Assembly: GCA_000004695.1 (NCBI GenBank)
Contig: CM000154.2
Coordinates: 3,040,001-3,104,000 of the forward strand
Reading direction: 5' to 3'
DNA length: 64,000 nt
Source of the DNA: Dictyostelium discoideum
Lineage: Eukaryota
Made by a program: the position numbers and the translations under genes. The notes under the pieces are model-generated. The model ran no database searches and was not told the origin of the DNA. It saw nothing but the letters and a program-made list of their open reading frames with translations. Positions 12,862-24,563 of this stretch are shown piece by piece (position 1 is the first letter of the stretch; each line of letters starts with the position of its first letter).

Positions 12862-13733
12862 TCAATTAAAAAAAACACAGATTAAAGCAAAAGAAATTAT
12901 TGAATTAAAATAGGAAGCTTTAGAATTTGGATGTGGTGATGGTGATGAAGATAATGAAGAAGATGATGATGAAGAAGAGGATGATGATGAAGAATTAACA
13001 ATAAAATTTGTAGTTTTTAATTGTGTTGGATATTGGTATGTATAAATAATTTCAAATTGATTTGATAGATATTGTTTATTATTTGTTTTACAAGTCCATT
13101 GTTTAAAATCAACTTGTACAAAACATTTTAAACTTTCAGATATTGTACCATTATTAAATTTTCCAGTAATTGTCATACCATTATCTTTTGTAGCAATACC
13201 ATTTCTTGGTAATAATGCATCACCTTTGATTGTAATTATATCTTTATTTATATCAATTTCTGATATAGCTTGTTCATTGAATGAAATGGTTACATTTGAA
13301 TCGTAAACACCACCACTTGTTAAAACTGAGTCATTTGAAAATAAAAAGTTAATTACAACTGGTTCAGAAATTGTTAAATTCTTTGGAATTATACAAAAGA
13401 ATGGTCCTCTTATATTACCACCACCTTTTGGAATTACATTACAAGATAGACTAGTTTTTATATTATTTCTATCAATTAATGTTATTGTTGGATCTGGTGA
13501 AGCTATATTGAGTTGAGAGGTACCAGTGGTTAATTGTGATTGTTGATCTTCATTATAATAAAATGAATTTGAATTAATGACTGCACATTTTTTGGTTACA
13601 CTACTGTATGGACAAAATAGTGTAAAATCATATGAAAGATATTCAATAATAAAGCATCTATATTATTATAATTATAATTATTATTTATTTTAATTTTATT
13701 ATTAATTAATAAAAAAAAAAAAATTAATAAAAA

Positions 13734-13771
<38 letters not shown>

Positions 13772-13826
13772 ACCTAGATAGTGAAATAAGAAGGAATAAT
13801 AAAAAAATATTTGTAAATTTCTTCAT
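12862..13826 (-). CDS. secreted Ser-rich protein with C-terminal hydrophobic (GPI-signal-like) tail, about 300 aa (2 exons: 13826..13774, 13657..12862)
   Basis: Exon 1 encodes the signal peptide MKKFTNIFLLFLLISLS. Donor ag|GTAGGT; a 116-nt intron; acceptor aatAG at 13658. Exon 2 is open throughout (..CPYSSVTKKCAV..NGTISESLKCFVQVDFKQWTCKTNNKQYL..) and ends in a 14-Ser run plus ASYFNSIISFALICVFFN*. It has a paralog at 14509..15419. Confidence 0.6.
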
Positions 13827-14508
13827 TTGTGTCTAATTTTAATAAAAAAATTATGTGTAATTTTAAATTTCTTTTTTTTTTTGATTGAAACAAAAAATTA
13901 TATGAGGAAAGAATGAAATAAAAGTTAAAAAAAAATAAAAAGTTTTTTAAATAAGTAAAAAAATAAAGTCTGAGAGAATCTTATAAGAAAAAAAAAAAAA
14001 AATTGATAGTTTTTCTTAGGTTTTTAAGACAAAAATAAAGTTATAGAGAAAAATTTAAAAATCCTTTTGTTTTTTTGAATCATTTATTTTTTTATCTGCA
14101 AAACATCATGATAATATCTTGAACCTTTAAGAAAATTGGTTTTTTTTTTTTTTAATTATTTTTTTATTTTTAATTTGTTTTTTTGGGATAGCACACAAGA
14201 AACACTTCTTTTAATCATTGGAATCATATAAAAATAAAAACACAAATCCTGCCACAAAAAAACTTGTGATCTGCTTTAGATTTGAATTCTTGGATATTTT
14301 TAATTTCTTTTAATTTTTTATTTCTTTTAATTTTTAGAAATAATAATATTGCCACATCTTAAATGCAACATATGCACTAAAATAAAAATAGAATCTAAAT
14401 TTTTGAAATTTTTTTTTTTTTTTTACCCCTTAGAAAAAAAAAAAAAAAAAAGAAATTAAAAAATATTCCACCACCTTTGATGAAAATATTACACCACCTT
14501 TGACGAAA

Positions 14509-15419
14509 ATGAAGAAATTTACAATAGTTTTTTATTATTAATTTTTTTTTTTTTAAAAATTATTAGTTTATATATTTCTATTAAATTTTTTGTTATTAAA
14601 ATATAATAATTATATAGATGCTTTACTCCAGAATATTTTCCATTTAATAGTACACTACATTGTTCATACAATACTAAAACCAAAGAATGTGCAGTTATTA
14701 ATTCATTTTATTATAATGAAGATCAACAATCACAATTAACCACTAATACAAGTAGTAGACTTGGAGTTGCACCAGATCCAACACTAACTTTAATTGATGG
14801 AAATAATATAGCAACTAAATTATCATGCTATATATTCCAACTGGGTGGTGCTATGTTAAGAGGACCATCTTTTTGTGTAATTCCAAAGAATTTAACAATT
14901 TCTGAACCAATTATAATTAATTTTTTATTTCCAAATGGTTCACTTTTAACAACTGATGGTGTTTACGATTAAAATCAAACCATTTCATTCAATGAACAAG
15001 CTATATCAGAAATTGATATAAATAAAGATATAATTACAATCAAAGGTGATGCATTATTACCAAGAAATGGTATTGCTACAAAAGATAAATTTAATAATGG
15101 TACAATATCTGAAAGTTTAAAATGTTTGGTAGAAATTGATATTAAACAATGGACTTGTAAAACAAATAATCAAAAATATCTATCAAATCAATTTGAAATT
15201 ATTTATACATACCAATATCCAAAACAATTAAAAACTACAAATTTTATTGTTAATTCATCATCATCATCTTCATCATCATCTTCATCATCTTTTTCTTCAC
15301 CATCATCATATTCTTCATTATCCTCATCACCACCATCACATCCAAATTCTAAAGCTTCCTATTTTAATTCAATAATTTCTTTTGCTTTAATCTGTGTTTT
15401 TTTAATTGATTTTCTTTAG
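14509..15419 (+). pseudogene. degenerate inverted paralog of the 12862..13826 secreted Ser-rich protein gene
   Basis: Exon 2 (from acceptor atatAG at 14617) is collinear and about 85-90% identical to the minus-strand copy. It carries an in-frame TAA at 14970..14972 (TCA in the intact copy) and a 21-nt in-frame deletion (missing NGMTITG). The exon-1 equivalent (ATG 14509, MKKFTIVFYY*) has lost the signal-peptide frame and has no GT donor. Confidence 0.55.
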
Positions 15420-15771
15420 AATATAGCTATTACAGAGCTCTACTCGAAATCAATTTATTTATATTTCATTGCAAAAATCCCGAATAAACTCGATCTTTCT
15501 AAAAAAAATTTCTTTTTTTCATTATCTCAATTATTCACAGAAAGGTCCATTTCCAACTAGTATAAAAAAAATTAAAAATAAAAATAAAATAAAAAAAAGT
15601 CATTTTTAGTACTTATTTTATTTTATTTTAATTTTTTTTTTATTTTCACATTTTTTATTTTATTTTTTTTTTTTTTTTATTTTATTTTTTTTTTCAATTT
15701 TTTTTTTTTTTTTTTTTTTTTGTTATGTGTGATCACATGATTTTTTTTTTTTTCCAAAACAATAAGAAGAA

Positions 15772-16586
15772 ATGGAAAAAGGGTTATCATCTGATTTAAT
15801 CATTGCATTTGTTGCAATTGTTTTACATGTTGTCAATTATAATGTTACAGCACAATTCGAATATAAAACTAGATATTTTACAAAGGTATTTATAATTTAT
15901 AATTCAAAATTTATAATCATTATTATTAATTATTAATTTATTGTTATATTAATTAATTAATTATTTCAATAATAATAATAATTATAATAATTTGAAACTA
16001 GTTAATTGGTAGAAATGCAATTTACTATTATGCAGTTTTTTTAATTATTTCAGCATTAATTAGAGATCATTTTATCAATGTTGCAGTATTATCAGATAAA
16101 GATTCAATCATATTATTCCCAACTGAAATTGCAAATATGATTGGTGATAGTTGTTTTATTTTTGGTATTTTATTAAATATTTGGACTTTAAAAGCATTGG
16201 GAATTAAAGGAATGTATAATGGTGATAGTTTTGGTCACATTATGGACTCACCAGTAACTGGTGGACCATATCAATTTTTCAGTGATCCACAATATGTTGG
16301 TACTACTATCGCTGCTTTAGGTGTTGCTATTAGAAATCAAAGTATTTATGGATTCTGTAAGTTTTATTTTTTTAATAATAATAATAATAATAATTTTGAA
16401 GAAATTTTATTAACTGTAATAATTTTTTTAATTTTTTTTTTTTTTTTTTTAGTATGTACAATTTTGGTAGGTGTTGTTTTTTACATTTCAGCTACATTTG
16501 TTGAGACACCACATTTGAAAAATATTTATTCAAATAGATCTTATTCAAAAATCAACTTTAAAAATTTAAAATCATTAAAAAATTAA
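15772..16586 (+). CDS. phospholipid (phosphatidylethanolamine) N-methyltransferase, PEMT/PLMT family (3 exons: 15772..15885, 16002..16356, 16453..16586)
   Basis: GDSFGHIM..PVTGGPYQFFSDPQYVGTTIAALGVAI..VETPHLKNIYS matches the PEMT motifs [37 protein letters not shown]. Introns are GTATTT..ctAG (116 nt) and GTAAGT..tttAG (96 nt, in frame so the ORF track reads through it). The product is about 200 aa, typical for PEMT. Confidence 0.65.
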
Positions 16587-16609
16587 ATAAATAAATGAAT
16601 AAATAAGCG

Positions 16610-16643
<34 letters not shown>

Positions 16644-16781
16644 TTTTTAATTATGATATTATTTCAACAAATATTTATTGATGGATTAAATATAGGAAAT
16701 TAAGAGTATTTTATAACATGTGGGTTGAAATTGAAGTTAAATCTATTCATTTCTAAATAATTTATTGAGTGTTTTAGTTAA

Positions 16782-17175
16782 CTAAGGACGAGATTGATGT
16801 TGATGGTTTTTCATTTTATGATAATTATTTTCAATTGTATTGTTATTTTTATTATTCAAATTAATTCTTAAAATACGAATACTATTAATAATGGAATGAT
16901 TTAATTTTAAAGCATTTCGAATATCATTTATTAAATTTTCATTAAAAATTATGGTTTGTTTATTGTATTCTTTTAATTGTTTGGAATTATCTATATGAAC
17001 TTGGTTATTTAAAATTATTAATGATTCTTGATATTTTTTAATTATTTCAATTATACCTGTATCTACTTTAAAATCTTCACCCCCATCATAACATTCTTGA
17101 TTTTTATTGTTTATAATAAAATGATTTAACTTTTCAATGAATTTTTTATCATTATCCTCATATTTACTTTTATTT

Positions 17176-17270
<95 letters not shown>

Positions 17271-17843
17271 AAAATGTGATATTGCTTCATCAATTAATGA
17301 AGTAGTATGATTTTTTAATGTATCTGTTGTTTTAAGAGTATCGGTATTATTTTCTTGGTCATTAAAAATTGATAAGAGTTTTTCATTATCATGATTGATT
17401 GATGAATCCAAAGTTTGATTAATTAGTGTATTTGAATCGAATATGGTTTCTAGTTGTTTTTCAATATCATTTTCAATACATTGAACTGAAATATGAATTT
17501 TTTTCATTTCAGATTTTAACAAACTATTGTTTTTTTCATATTGAATTTTGATTTCATTGAATTTATCATTTGATTCTTGCAATATTTTTTCATTATTTTC
17601 AATCCTTTCAATTACTTTTGGAAATACATCATCTTTAAAACTATTAACAAATGAAAGAATATTTTTTATTGACTCTATTGGATCAGTTTTATGAGCATGG
17701 TGTTCTCCTTTACTTGATATACATATAATACAACATGGAATATATTTGCATTGTAAACATAATACTTTTATATTTTTACTTGGATGTAAAGCACACTTTT
17801 TTTTGTTATTAACTGGATTTTTATTATCAATGTTTGATGCCAT
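16782..17843 (-). CDS. B-box zinc finger protein (FNIP-less paralog of the B-box/FNIP family)
   Basis: The N-terminus [45 protein letters not shown] is almost identical to the B-box of gene 60059 ([44 protein letters not shown]). Coiled-coil and poly-N follow. It ends with a stop and no FNIP exon downstream. Confidence 0.6.
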
Positions 17844-18475
17844 TGTTAAAAGATTATATAATCAATATATTTAAAAAAAAACTAAAATTAAAATTAATAA
17901 AAATAAAAACCAACTTTTGTGGTTTGGCCTAAAAAAAAAAAAAATTAAAAATTAAAAATAAAAAATAAAATCATGATTTTATTTTCATCAAAAAAAAAAA
18001 TTAAATAAAATCAAAAAAATTGTTTTTTTTTGTTTTTTTTTTTATTTTTTTTTTATATTAATTTTATATGGAAAAAAAAAAATAGTGAAAAATTAAAAAA
18101 TAATTGATTATAATAAATTCATTATTAAATTATTTTATTATTTATTGTCATTTTTTTAAGATTTTTCTTTGGATCTCTTATTGGTTTAAACAAATTTATA
18201 ATATAGCCTACAACACACCATGTTTTGTGGTGTTTTTCTTGAACACTATCCATATCAATCGATCCTACTGAAAATTTATATCTTAGTGGCATACTTGTAA
18301 TAAATCATGATCAATTTTTATTTTTTATTTTTTATTTTTTTATTTTTATTTTTCAAATTACAAACAAACTTTGGGTGTTTTTTTTTTTAAAAAATAAAAT
18401 AGAATACTCAAATGGGTTGGAATAAATTTAAATCTTTTTTTTTTTCTTTCAAATTTTGAAAATGAAAAAATCGAG

Positions 18476-18612
18476 GTCAGATGGTGAAGTTACTTTTTTT
18501 TTGAATTGGATAACGCAATTATTAGTTGCTTCTCCTTGAGATACTAGATCCCATTTTATTTTTAGTTTTTTTTTTTTTTTTTTTTTTAAAGGGTGTATAA
18601 AAGAGGGGTTAG

Positions 18613-18657
<45 letters not shown>

Positions 18658-18929
18658 TTTCGAATTTTGAATTGTATTATTACTTTTGATTAAAACATCT
18701 TTTTTGTCCAAATTTTTTTCTAAATCTTTTTTTATTTTATCATCAGCTTCATGATTGATGTTGATGACATATTTGAATTGTTTTTTTTTTGTTTGAGTTT
18801 TATCCACAATTTCCCTTATTTTTTGTAGGCATTTGTGTTGCTTAATATTTGTGGGGTTGTTTGTAATTTTCATCTTTTTTTCTTTCTATTTTTTTTATTT
18901 TACTTTGAAAAGTTAAAAATCTGGAAATT
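18476..18929 (-). repeat. about 470-bp repeat unit, copy 1 (retroelement-associated module; continues across the N gap to about 19070)
   Basis: About 90% identical to 19386..19870. It starts with GGTCAGATGGTG (the first 12 nt of the tRNA-Val at 21365) fused to AAGTTACTT, and it is bounded by long poly-T. It carries the small ORF 18586..18873. Confidence 0.6.
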
Positions 18930-19029
18930 NNNNNNNNNNNNNNNNNNNNNNNNNNNNNNNNNNNNNNNNNNNNNNNNNNNNNNNNNNNNNNNNNNNNNNN
19001 NNNNNNNNNNNNNNNNNNNNNNNNNNNNN
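18930..19029. other. assembly gap (100 N)
   Basis: A run of N characters, conventionally a 100-bp scaffold gap placed inside the repeat. Confidence 0.95.
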
Positions 19030-19061
19030 TTGGAAATTTCCTGATTAACTTAGGTTCCCCG

Positions 19062-19113
<52 letters not shown>

Positions 19114-19385
19114 TTTTTTATTTTTTTTTTTTTTAAGTCTTTTTTATATGAAAAATGAAACAATCAAAAAAAGAGATTGTTGTTGTTGTTTGTTTTTTCG
19201 ATCTGATTATTTTTTGCTTTTTTTTTGAAAATTTTCAAAACGAAACAAATAATAAATTACAACAAAGTAAAAAGATGGCTTTTTAAAATAGTTTATTTAT
19301 TTATTTATTTGTTTTTTAAGTCTTTTTTATATGAAAAATGAAACAATCAAAAAAAGAGATTGTTGTTGTTTGTTTTTTTCGATCT

Positions 19386-19397
19386 CTGATGGTGAAG

Positions 19398-19438
<41 letters not shown>

Positions 19439-19526
19439 AATTGGATAACGCAATTATTAGTTGCTTCTCCTTGAGATGTTAGATCTCATTTTATTTTTAG
19501 TTTACAGGGTCTCTAAGAGGGGTTGG

Positions 19527-19565
<39 letters not shown>

Positions 19566-19855
19566 TTTCGAATTTTGAATTGTATTATTACTTTTGATTA
19601 AAACATCTTTTTTGTCCAAACTTTTTTCTAAATCTTTTTTTATTTTATCGTCTGGTTCGTGATTGATGTTTATGACGTATTTGAATTGTTTTTTTTTAAT
19701 TGAGTTTTATCCACAATTTCGCTTATTTTTTGTAGGCATTTGTGTTGCTTAATATTTGTGGTGTTGTTTGTGATTTTCATTTTATTTTCTTTCTATCTTT
19801 TTATTTTTCTTTAAAAAGTTAAAAATCTGGAAATTTTCTGATTAACTTGGGTTCC

Positions 19856-19870
<15 letters not shown>
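19386..19870 (-). repeat. about 470-bp repeat unit, copy 2 (frameshifted relative to copy 1)
   Basis: Collinear with copy 1, including GATGGTGAAGTTAC, TTGAATTGGATAACGCAATTATTAGTTGCTTCTCCTTGAGAT and the terminal CTGGAAATTTTCTGATTAACTTGGGTTCCCAGG. About 70-bp sub-repeats (AAGTCTTTTTTATATGAAAAATGAAACAATCAAAAAAAGAGATTGTTG..) lie at 19131..19200 and 19318..19386. Confidence 0.6.
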
Positions 19871-19908
<38 letters not shown>

Positions 19909-19970
19909 GGTGAAGTTTTTTTTTTTTTTTTAATAACATCACTCAATTTGAGTGTGTTCTAGGAGAGTTT

Positions 19971-20019
<49 letters not shown>

Positions 20020-20039
20020 CTTGTTATTCTTATTTTTTT

Positions 20040-20134
20040 TATTATTATTATTATTATTATATTATTATTATTATTATATTATTATTATTATATTATTATT
20101 ATTATTATATTATTATTATTATTATTATTGTTAT

Positions 20135-20169
<35 letters not shown>

Positions 20170-21330
20170 AGTAGTTGGTGTTATATGAGCAGTATGGTAT
20201 GAAGTGTTCCGGGATGTTTATGGTCATGAGTTTCGAGTTCCAGTTGTGGCTGAATTTTTCGAGTCTTCTTTTTATTGATGCGGTCCGATTGATTGACTCT
20301 CGGTTATCAGTGCATCTTAGTTCTTGACGTAGTTGTTTTTCTACTATCTTTCTTGTTCTATCCCATTCGGCATCTCTCGCTTTTTTGATTTTATGAATTA
20401 TTTGGTTCTCTGTTATTATTGTAGTGTTATCGTTGAATTTTATTTGATTTCTTCTGTACCATATCGATTCCATAATGGCTCCTATCAGATTTGATGAGAA
20501 TGGTGTGAGTAGTTTTCCGAGAACTTTTTCGCTCCATGGACCGTGGTAAGTGTTGTTGGAGTCTTTACAGACCTTTTGATAGATTGAGTCGATATTCTGT
20601 TTTATTGATTTGCATTCGAAGAAGATGTGCATAGACGATTCTTCTTCTTTACATGAGTGGCAATTCTCCCCATGGTGTTTTGGAAGTGCCTTGATTAGAT
20701 ATCTCCATGCTAAGTCTCTTCCTTTGATAGTTGTGATTGATCTGGCTTCTCTAAATGGTAGAATTGGGTGATTAATGTTCTTTTGAATCAGTTTTTGACC
20801 TGTTGTTGGCTGGTGTTTGTTCCATCCCTTGTATTTGATATCCATCATGTTTCTATAGATTACTTTTAATTTTTGTTTGTTTTCGTATTTGGGTTTGACT
20901 TGGTTTAGTTTGAGAGTTATTCGCTCTCTTGGGTGGTGCAACAACTTCCAGGCTTTCCAGCATTTGATGTGAATCCTTGATAGTGAGTTTTCTTTTTCCG
21001 ACTTCCAGACTTCCATATGTGGAGGGCAGTTCTGGTCGTCTTTTTCTCTGAGGTATTGTTCGTATATCCATGCTTTCTGGGCATTGGATCTGGTTGCCAT
21101 ATTCCAGAGTTCCAGGCCTCCAATTTCATAGTCTCTTCTGCTCCTTTCTTTTGAGATAGCCCACCTGTCCCCTTTGAATAACATGTTGGCATTAACGTTC
21201 TCCAGTTTCTTTATGTCATTTATTTCGTTGATGTATAGTTGGAATGTTAGTTGGGACAGGAGGTATGATTTGAGGATTGTGATTCTACCTTTTAGCGTTG
21301 ATGACACGCTCGAGTAGCATTGGTGAAGTT
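20040..21330 (-). mobile_element. 5'-truncated non-LTR (LINE-like, TRE-type) retrotransposon fragment: ORF2 C-terminal region, with a 3' poly(A) and (AAT)n tail
   Basis: The 380-aa ORF (20165..21307) has near-balanced base composition, unlike the host. It contains a Cys/His-rich motif (HHGENCHSCKEEESSMHIFFECKS) typical of the LINE ORF2 C-terminus. The stop is immediately followed by an A-run on the minus strand (T-run 20141..20166) and (AAT)n. It lies 5' of, and head-to-head with, tRNA-Val. Confidence 0.6.
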
Positions 21331-21364
21331 ACTTATAATACTACGATAGCAATAGATTTTGCAA

Positions 21365-21438
21365 GGTCAGATGGTGTAGTCGGTTATCACGGTTGCTTTA
21401 CACGCAACAGGTCTCGAGTTCGATCCTCGGTCAGATCA
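21365..21438 (+). tRNA. tRNA-Val (anticodon UAC)
   Basis: It folds as a cloverleaf: acceptor GGTCAGA/TCAGATC (one A-A mismatch at 5-68), D arm GTGT-AGTCGGTTA-TCAC, anticodon arm GTTGC-TTTACAC-GCAAC (anticodon TAC), variable loop AGGTC, T arm TCGAG-TTCGATC-CTCGG, discriminator A. The D arm (GTGT/TCAC) and the ACAC after the anticodon match eukaryotic tRNA-Val. Confidence 0.75.
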
Positions 21439-21464
21439 TATGTTGGTATAAATTTGTGTATTTT

Positions 21465-21513
21465 ACGAACTTCGGGTTTTACAGGTAAAAAAAAAAAAAC
21501 GAACTTCGGGTTT
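21465..21513 (+). mobile_element. minimal retroposition footprint: a 15-bp direct repeat (ACGAACTTCGGGTTT) flanking TACAGGT plus A12-13
   Basis: Perfect 15-bp direct repeats at 21465..21479 and 21499..21513 bracket a short sequence ending in poly(A), 27 bp downstream of the tRNA 3' end. This is a TSD plus poly(A) signature of target-primed reverse transcription. Confidence 0.45.
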
Positions 21514-21539
21514 AATGCCAATATTGATATAAGGAACAC

Positions 21540-22030
21540 AATTAATATTAAATGAATGCTGTTAAACCTGAATCAAAACTAACTTTATTTTTTCAGTTTT
21601 CATAGTTTTCGAGTTTTAGTTATTTTCGAGAAGTTTCTAAAATATATAAAACTAAATAAATTAATTATTTTTATTATTATTGTTTGCAACAGTTGGTTCA
21701 AAACATTGGTGGCAAATAACTAGATACAAAAACAATAAATGTTTTAATAGAATTACACCTATAATTCCTCCAAATATAATATATCATGAGGTTAACATAG
21801 ACTACTCAAAGAATACTTTGAAGGGTATAAATTTGTAAATTATAATTTCTATATAATGTCTTTGATAATTCATAACATTTGGATTCAGGTATAGTAATAA
21901 AAAATCAAAAAAATTAAATCAAACTGTTTAGAGACCCAAAAGATTTCCTAAACAAATAATAAAATTAAGAAAACTATTCAAGTGTCAGAGCTTCCAAACA
22001 TTTTTACTTTGACTAATTCATTTTATTAAT
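21540..22030. mobile_element. GC-richer non-host-like segment downstream of the tRNA (possible degenerate retroelement fragment)
   Basis: Its composition (about 35-40% GC, no homopolymer runs) contrasts with the flanking AT-rich DNA. There is no long ORF. It lies about 100 bp 3' of tRNA-Val, where Dictyostelium TRE3-type elements insert. Confidence 0.25.
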
Positions 22031-22084
22031 TTCATTTTATTATTAAATTTATTTTAATTATTTTATTGATTTAAATTTAAATAC

Positions 22085-22115
<31 letters not shown>

Positions 22116-22302
22116 TCTCAAAAACTATATTTAAAATTTAAAATTATTTATTTGATAATCTAAATTAAAAAAGGAATAAAAAATATTCATCTTAAAAAAA
22201 CTAAATAAACACTACATAACAAGTACCTTAGTTTGGTAAATAATTATTTACCAATTTTTAAAAATATATATTATTATTATTATTATTATTATTTAAAAAA
22301 GT

Positions 22303-23884
22303 TTATCTTTTTTCTTTATTTAATTTTGAAATTGCCCAATAACCACTTACAAAAAAGAAACAAATCCACAATATAATAATACCAATACCTTTTTGAAGTG
22401 TCCAATCTTCAAGATTATAAAATTTTAAAACATCATTACCATTTGGGAATTGACAAAAATCATTTGGACATTCTAATGGATAATCTTTAAATTGAGCGAC
22501 CATTACAGTTGCATAACCATAGTATAAAGGATTTAACCAATGGATCCAACCAAAACTTTTTGGTAATTGTTTCACAGGAACTAAATGGCCCATAAATAGT
22601 AAAAAAGTAATTGAAATTGTTGTACCATAAATAAAAGTTAAATCAGATTTACCAGTTATATTAGAGATTGCAATAATATATAAATCTGATAATAAATTAA
22701 TTAAATATAAAATGAAATAAGTAATGAAAAAGCTTGAAAAATTCCATCTTAAATGATTAATTGTATAAACTAGTAATGATACGATTAAGGAAACCAAAAA
22801 TTGAATAAATGCTTCAGTTGTAATTGTTGATAGATAAAATGGTAGAGAATGATAAATTTTTGAAGCTCTTTCTGAATTGAAAACTTCACGATTTGATAAG
22901 AACAATGTAATACATGTAAATGGTATTAAGTTTAAAACTGCAATTAAAAAGAATAAAATACCAGAAATTTTTAAAACATCCTCTTGACTTGGTGATAATG
23001 TACCAAAACAGGCGGAAAATAATAAACCAATCATAAAACCACCAGATAAACGTGTAATATATTGAGTTGAATTTCTAAAGAAATCTTTGAAATTTCTATT
23101 CAATAAAATTTTATATTGATATAGTAATGAGCAACTTTTATTTGGTTCAATTGAACGATTAAAAGGTTGAATTCTTGAAACTGCCAACATATTATCTCTC
23201 CAATTGGTTTCCCATGATTCACAAATTTCTTCATAATGATCACATTCGGAAATTTCATGACATGTATCCAATATGAAATCTGCAGGATTTGTATAGTTTG
23301 GACATTGATATTGATTTGGTAATGATGAAAGATAATTTAAAACATCATTACCACAATAAATCATTCTACCTTTTAACATAATCATAATTTTATTAAATAA
23401 ATGATAAATTTCTGGACGTGGTTGATGAATTGAACAAATTACAGTTACACCTTTAATTACGGTTAAATTCATTAAAACTTTCATAACTTTTAAAGCATTT
23501 AATGAATCTAAACCACTTGTAGGTTCATCTAAAAATAATAAAGATGGATTTGTAACTAATGCACAACCAATTGAAACTCTTTTCTTTTCACCACCTGATA
23601 AACCTTTTACAATCATACCACCAGGTAAAATACCACCAATTTTTGATTTTGATTTTTTTGTTAAACCAATATCTTTTATTACTTGTTCAACAACTTTCCA
23701 TTTATCTTGATCACTTAAACCTGGTAATCTTAAATCTGCATGAAATTTTAAAGTTTCTTCAACTGTTGAAGTTTGTAATAATATTTCATCTTGAGTTACA
23801 TAAGAACAATACTAATTTAAATTTTAAAATAAAAAAAATTTAAAAAAATAAAAAATAATTAATATAATTAAATAAATAAATAAA

Positions 23885-23920
<36 letters not shown>

Positions 23921-24459
23921 TTTTTATATGCATCTCCAATTTCTTTACCATTAACTAAAATTTTACCACTAATTGTACCAGTTGATTTTCTATTTGCAAG
24001 AATATCTAATAATGTTGATTTACCACTACCAGAAGGACCAAATAAACCAACCATTTCACTTTTTTCAATTATACCACTAACATTTGAAAGAATTGTAATT
24101 TCCTTTTCAATTTTACCATTTGTTGTTGATCTTGTTTGTTGTGGATTCATTGATTGATCAATTTTTGAAATATTTAAACTATTTGTTGGTAAAATCGATG
24201 ATCTTGATTGTTGTGGGGTTTGTAAACCTGATGCTGAAGATTCAACATCATATGATGAATTTGAGTTAGAAGAGTTAGATCTTTCCATTTCCAATTTTTT
24301 TTTTCTTTTTTTTTCATCTTTTATTTGTTTTTTATAATTTCTATTTTCAGTTTTATAAGAAATATTTTCAAAAATAACTTGAACACCAATATTATTATCT
24401 GAATTTAAATTTGTTAAATTATTATTATTATATGGAAAATTTGGGGTTGATATTTCTGA

Positions 24460-24490
<31 letters not shown>

Positions 24491-24506
24491 AAATTATAAT
24501 TATCAA

Positions 24507-24563
<57 letters not shown>

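Noticed and set aside
16137-16586. The ORF-track ORF reads through ..CKFYFFNNNNNNNFEEILLTVIIFLIFFFFFL.. as if it were coding.
   Set aside because: The 96-nt segment 16357..16452 begins GTAAGT, ends (T)nAG, is >90% AT and happens to be a multiple of 3. It is treated as an intron, and removing it restores the PEMT C-terminal motif spacing.
18129-18308. Minus-strand 59-aa reading MPLRYKFSVGSIDMDSVQEKHHKTWCVVGYIINLFKPIRDPKKNLKKMTINNKII.
   Set aside because: It reads plausibly like a protein, but I found no consistent splice partner or start and no homology. It is too short to call from sequence alone.
19952-20170. ORF translating poly-F/L/Y (19952..20170) and similar poly-T/poly-A ORFs (18835..19044, 24975..25229, 34245..34566, 49607..49934).
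   Set aside because: These are homopolymer and microsatellite tracts. The ORF at 18835..19044 even runs through the N gap (an X run).
20853-21192. Two extra ORFs (20853..21071, 20917..21192) overlapping the retroelement ORF.
   Set aside because: These are alternative frames inside the GC-richer ORF2 fragment. The long frame has the ORF2-type Cys/His motif, and the others are by-products of higher GC content.
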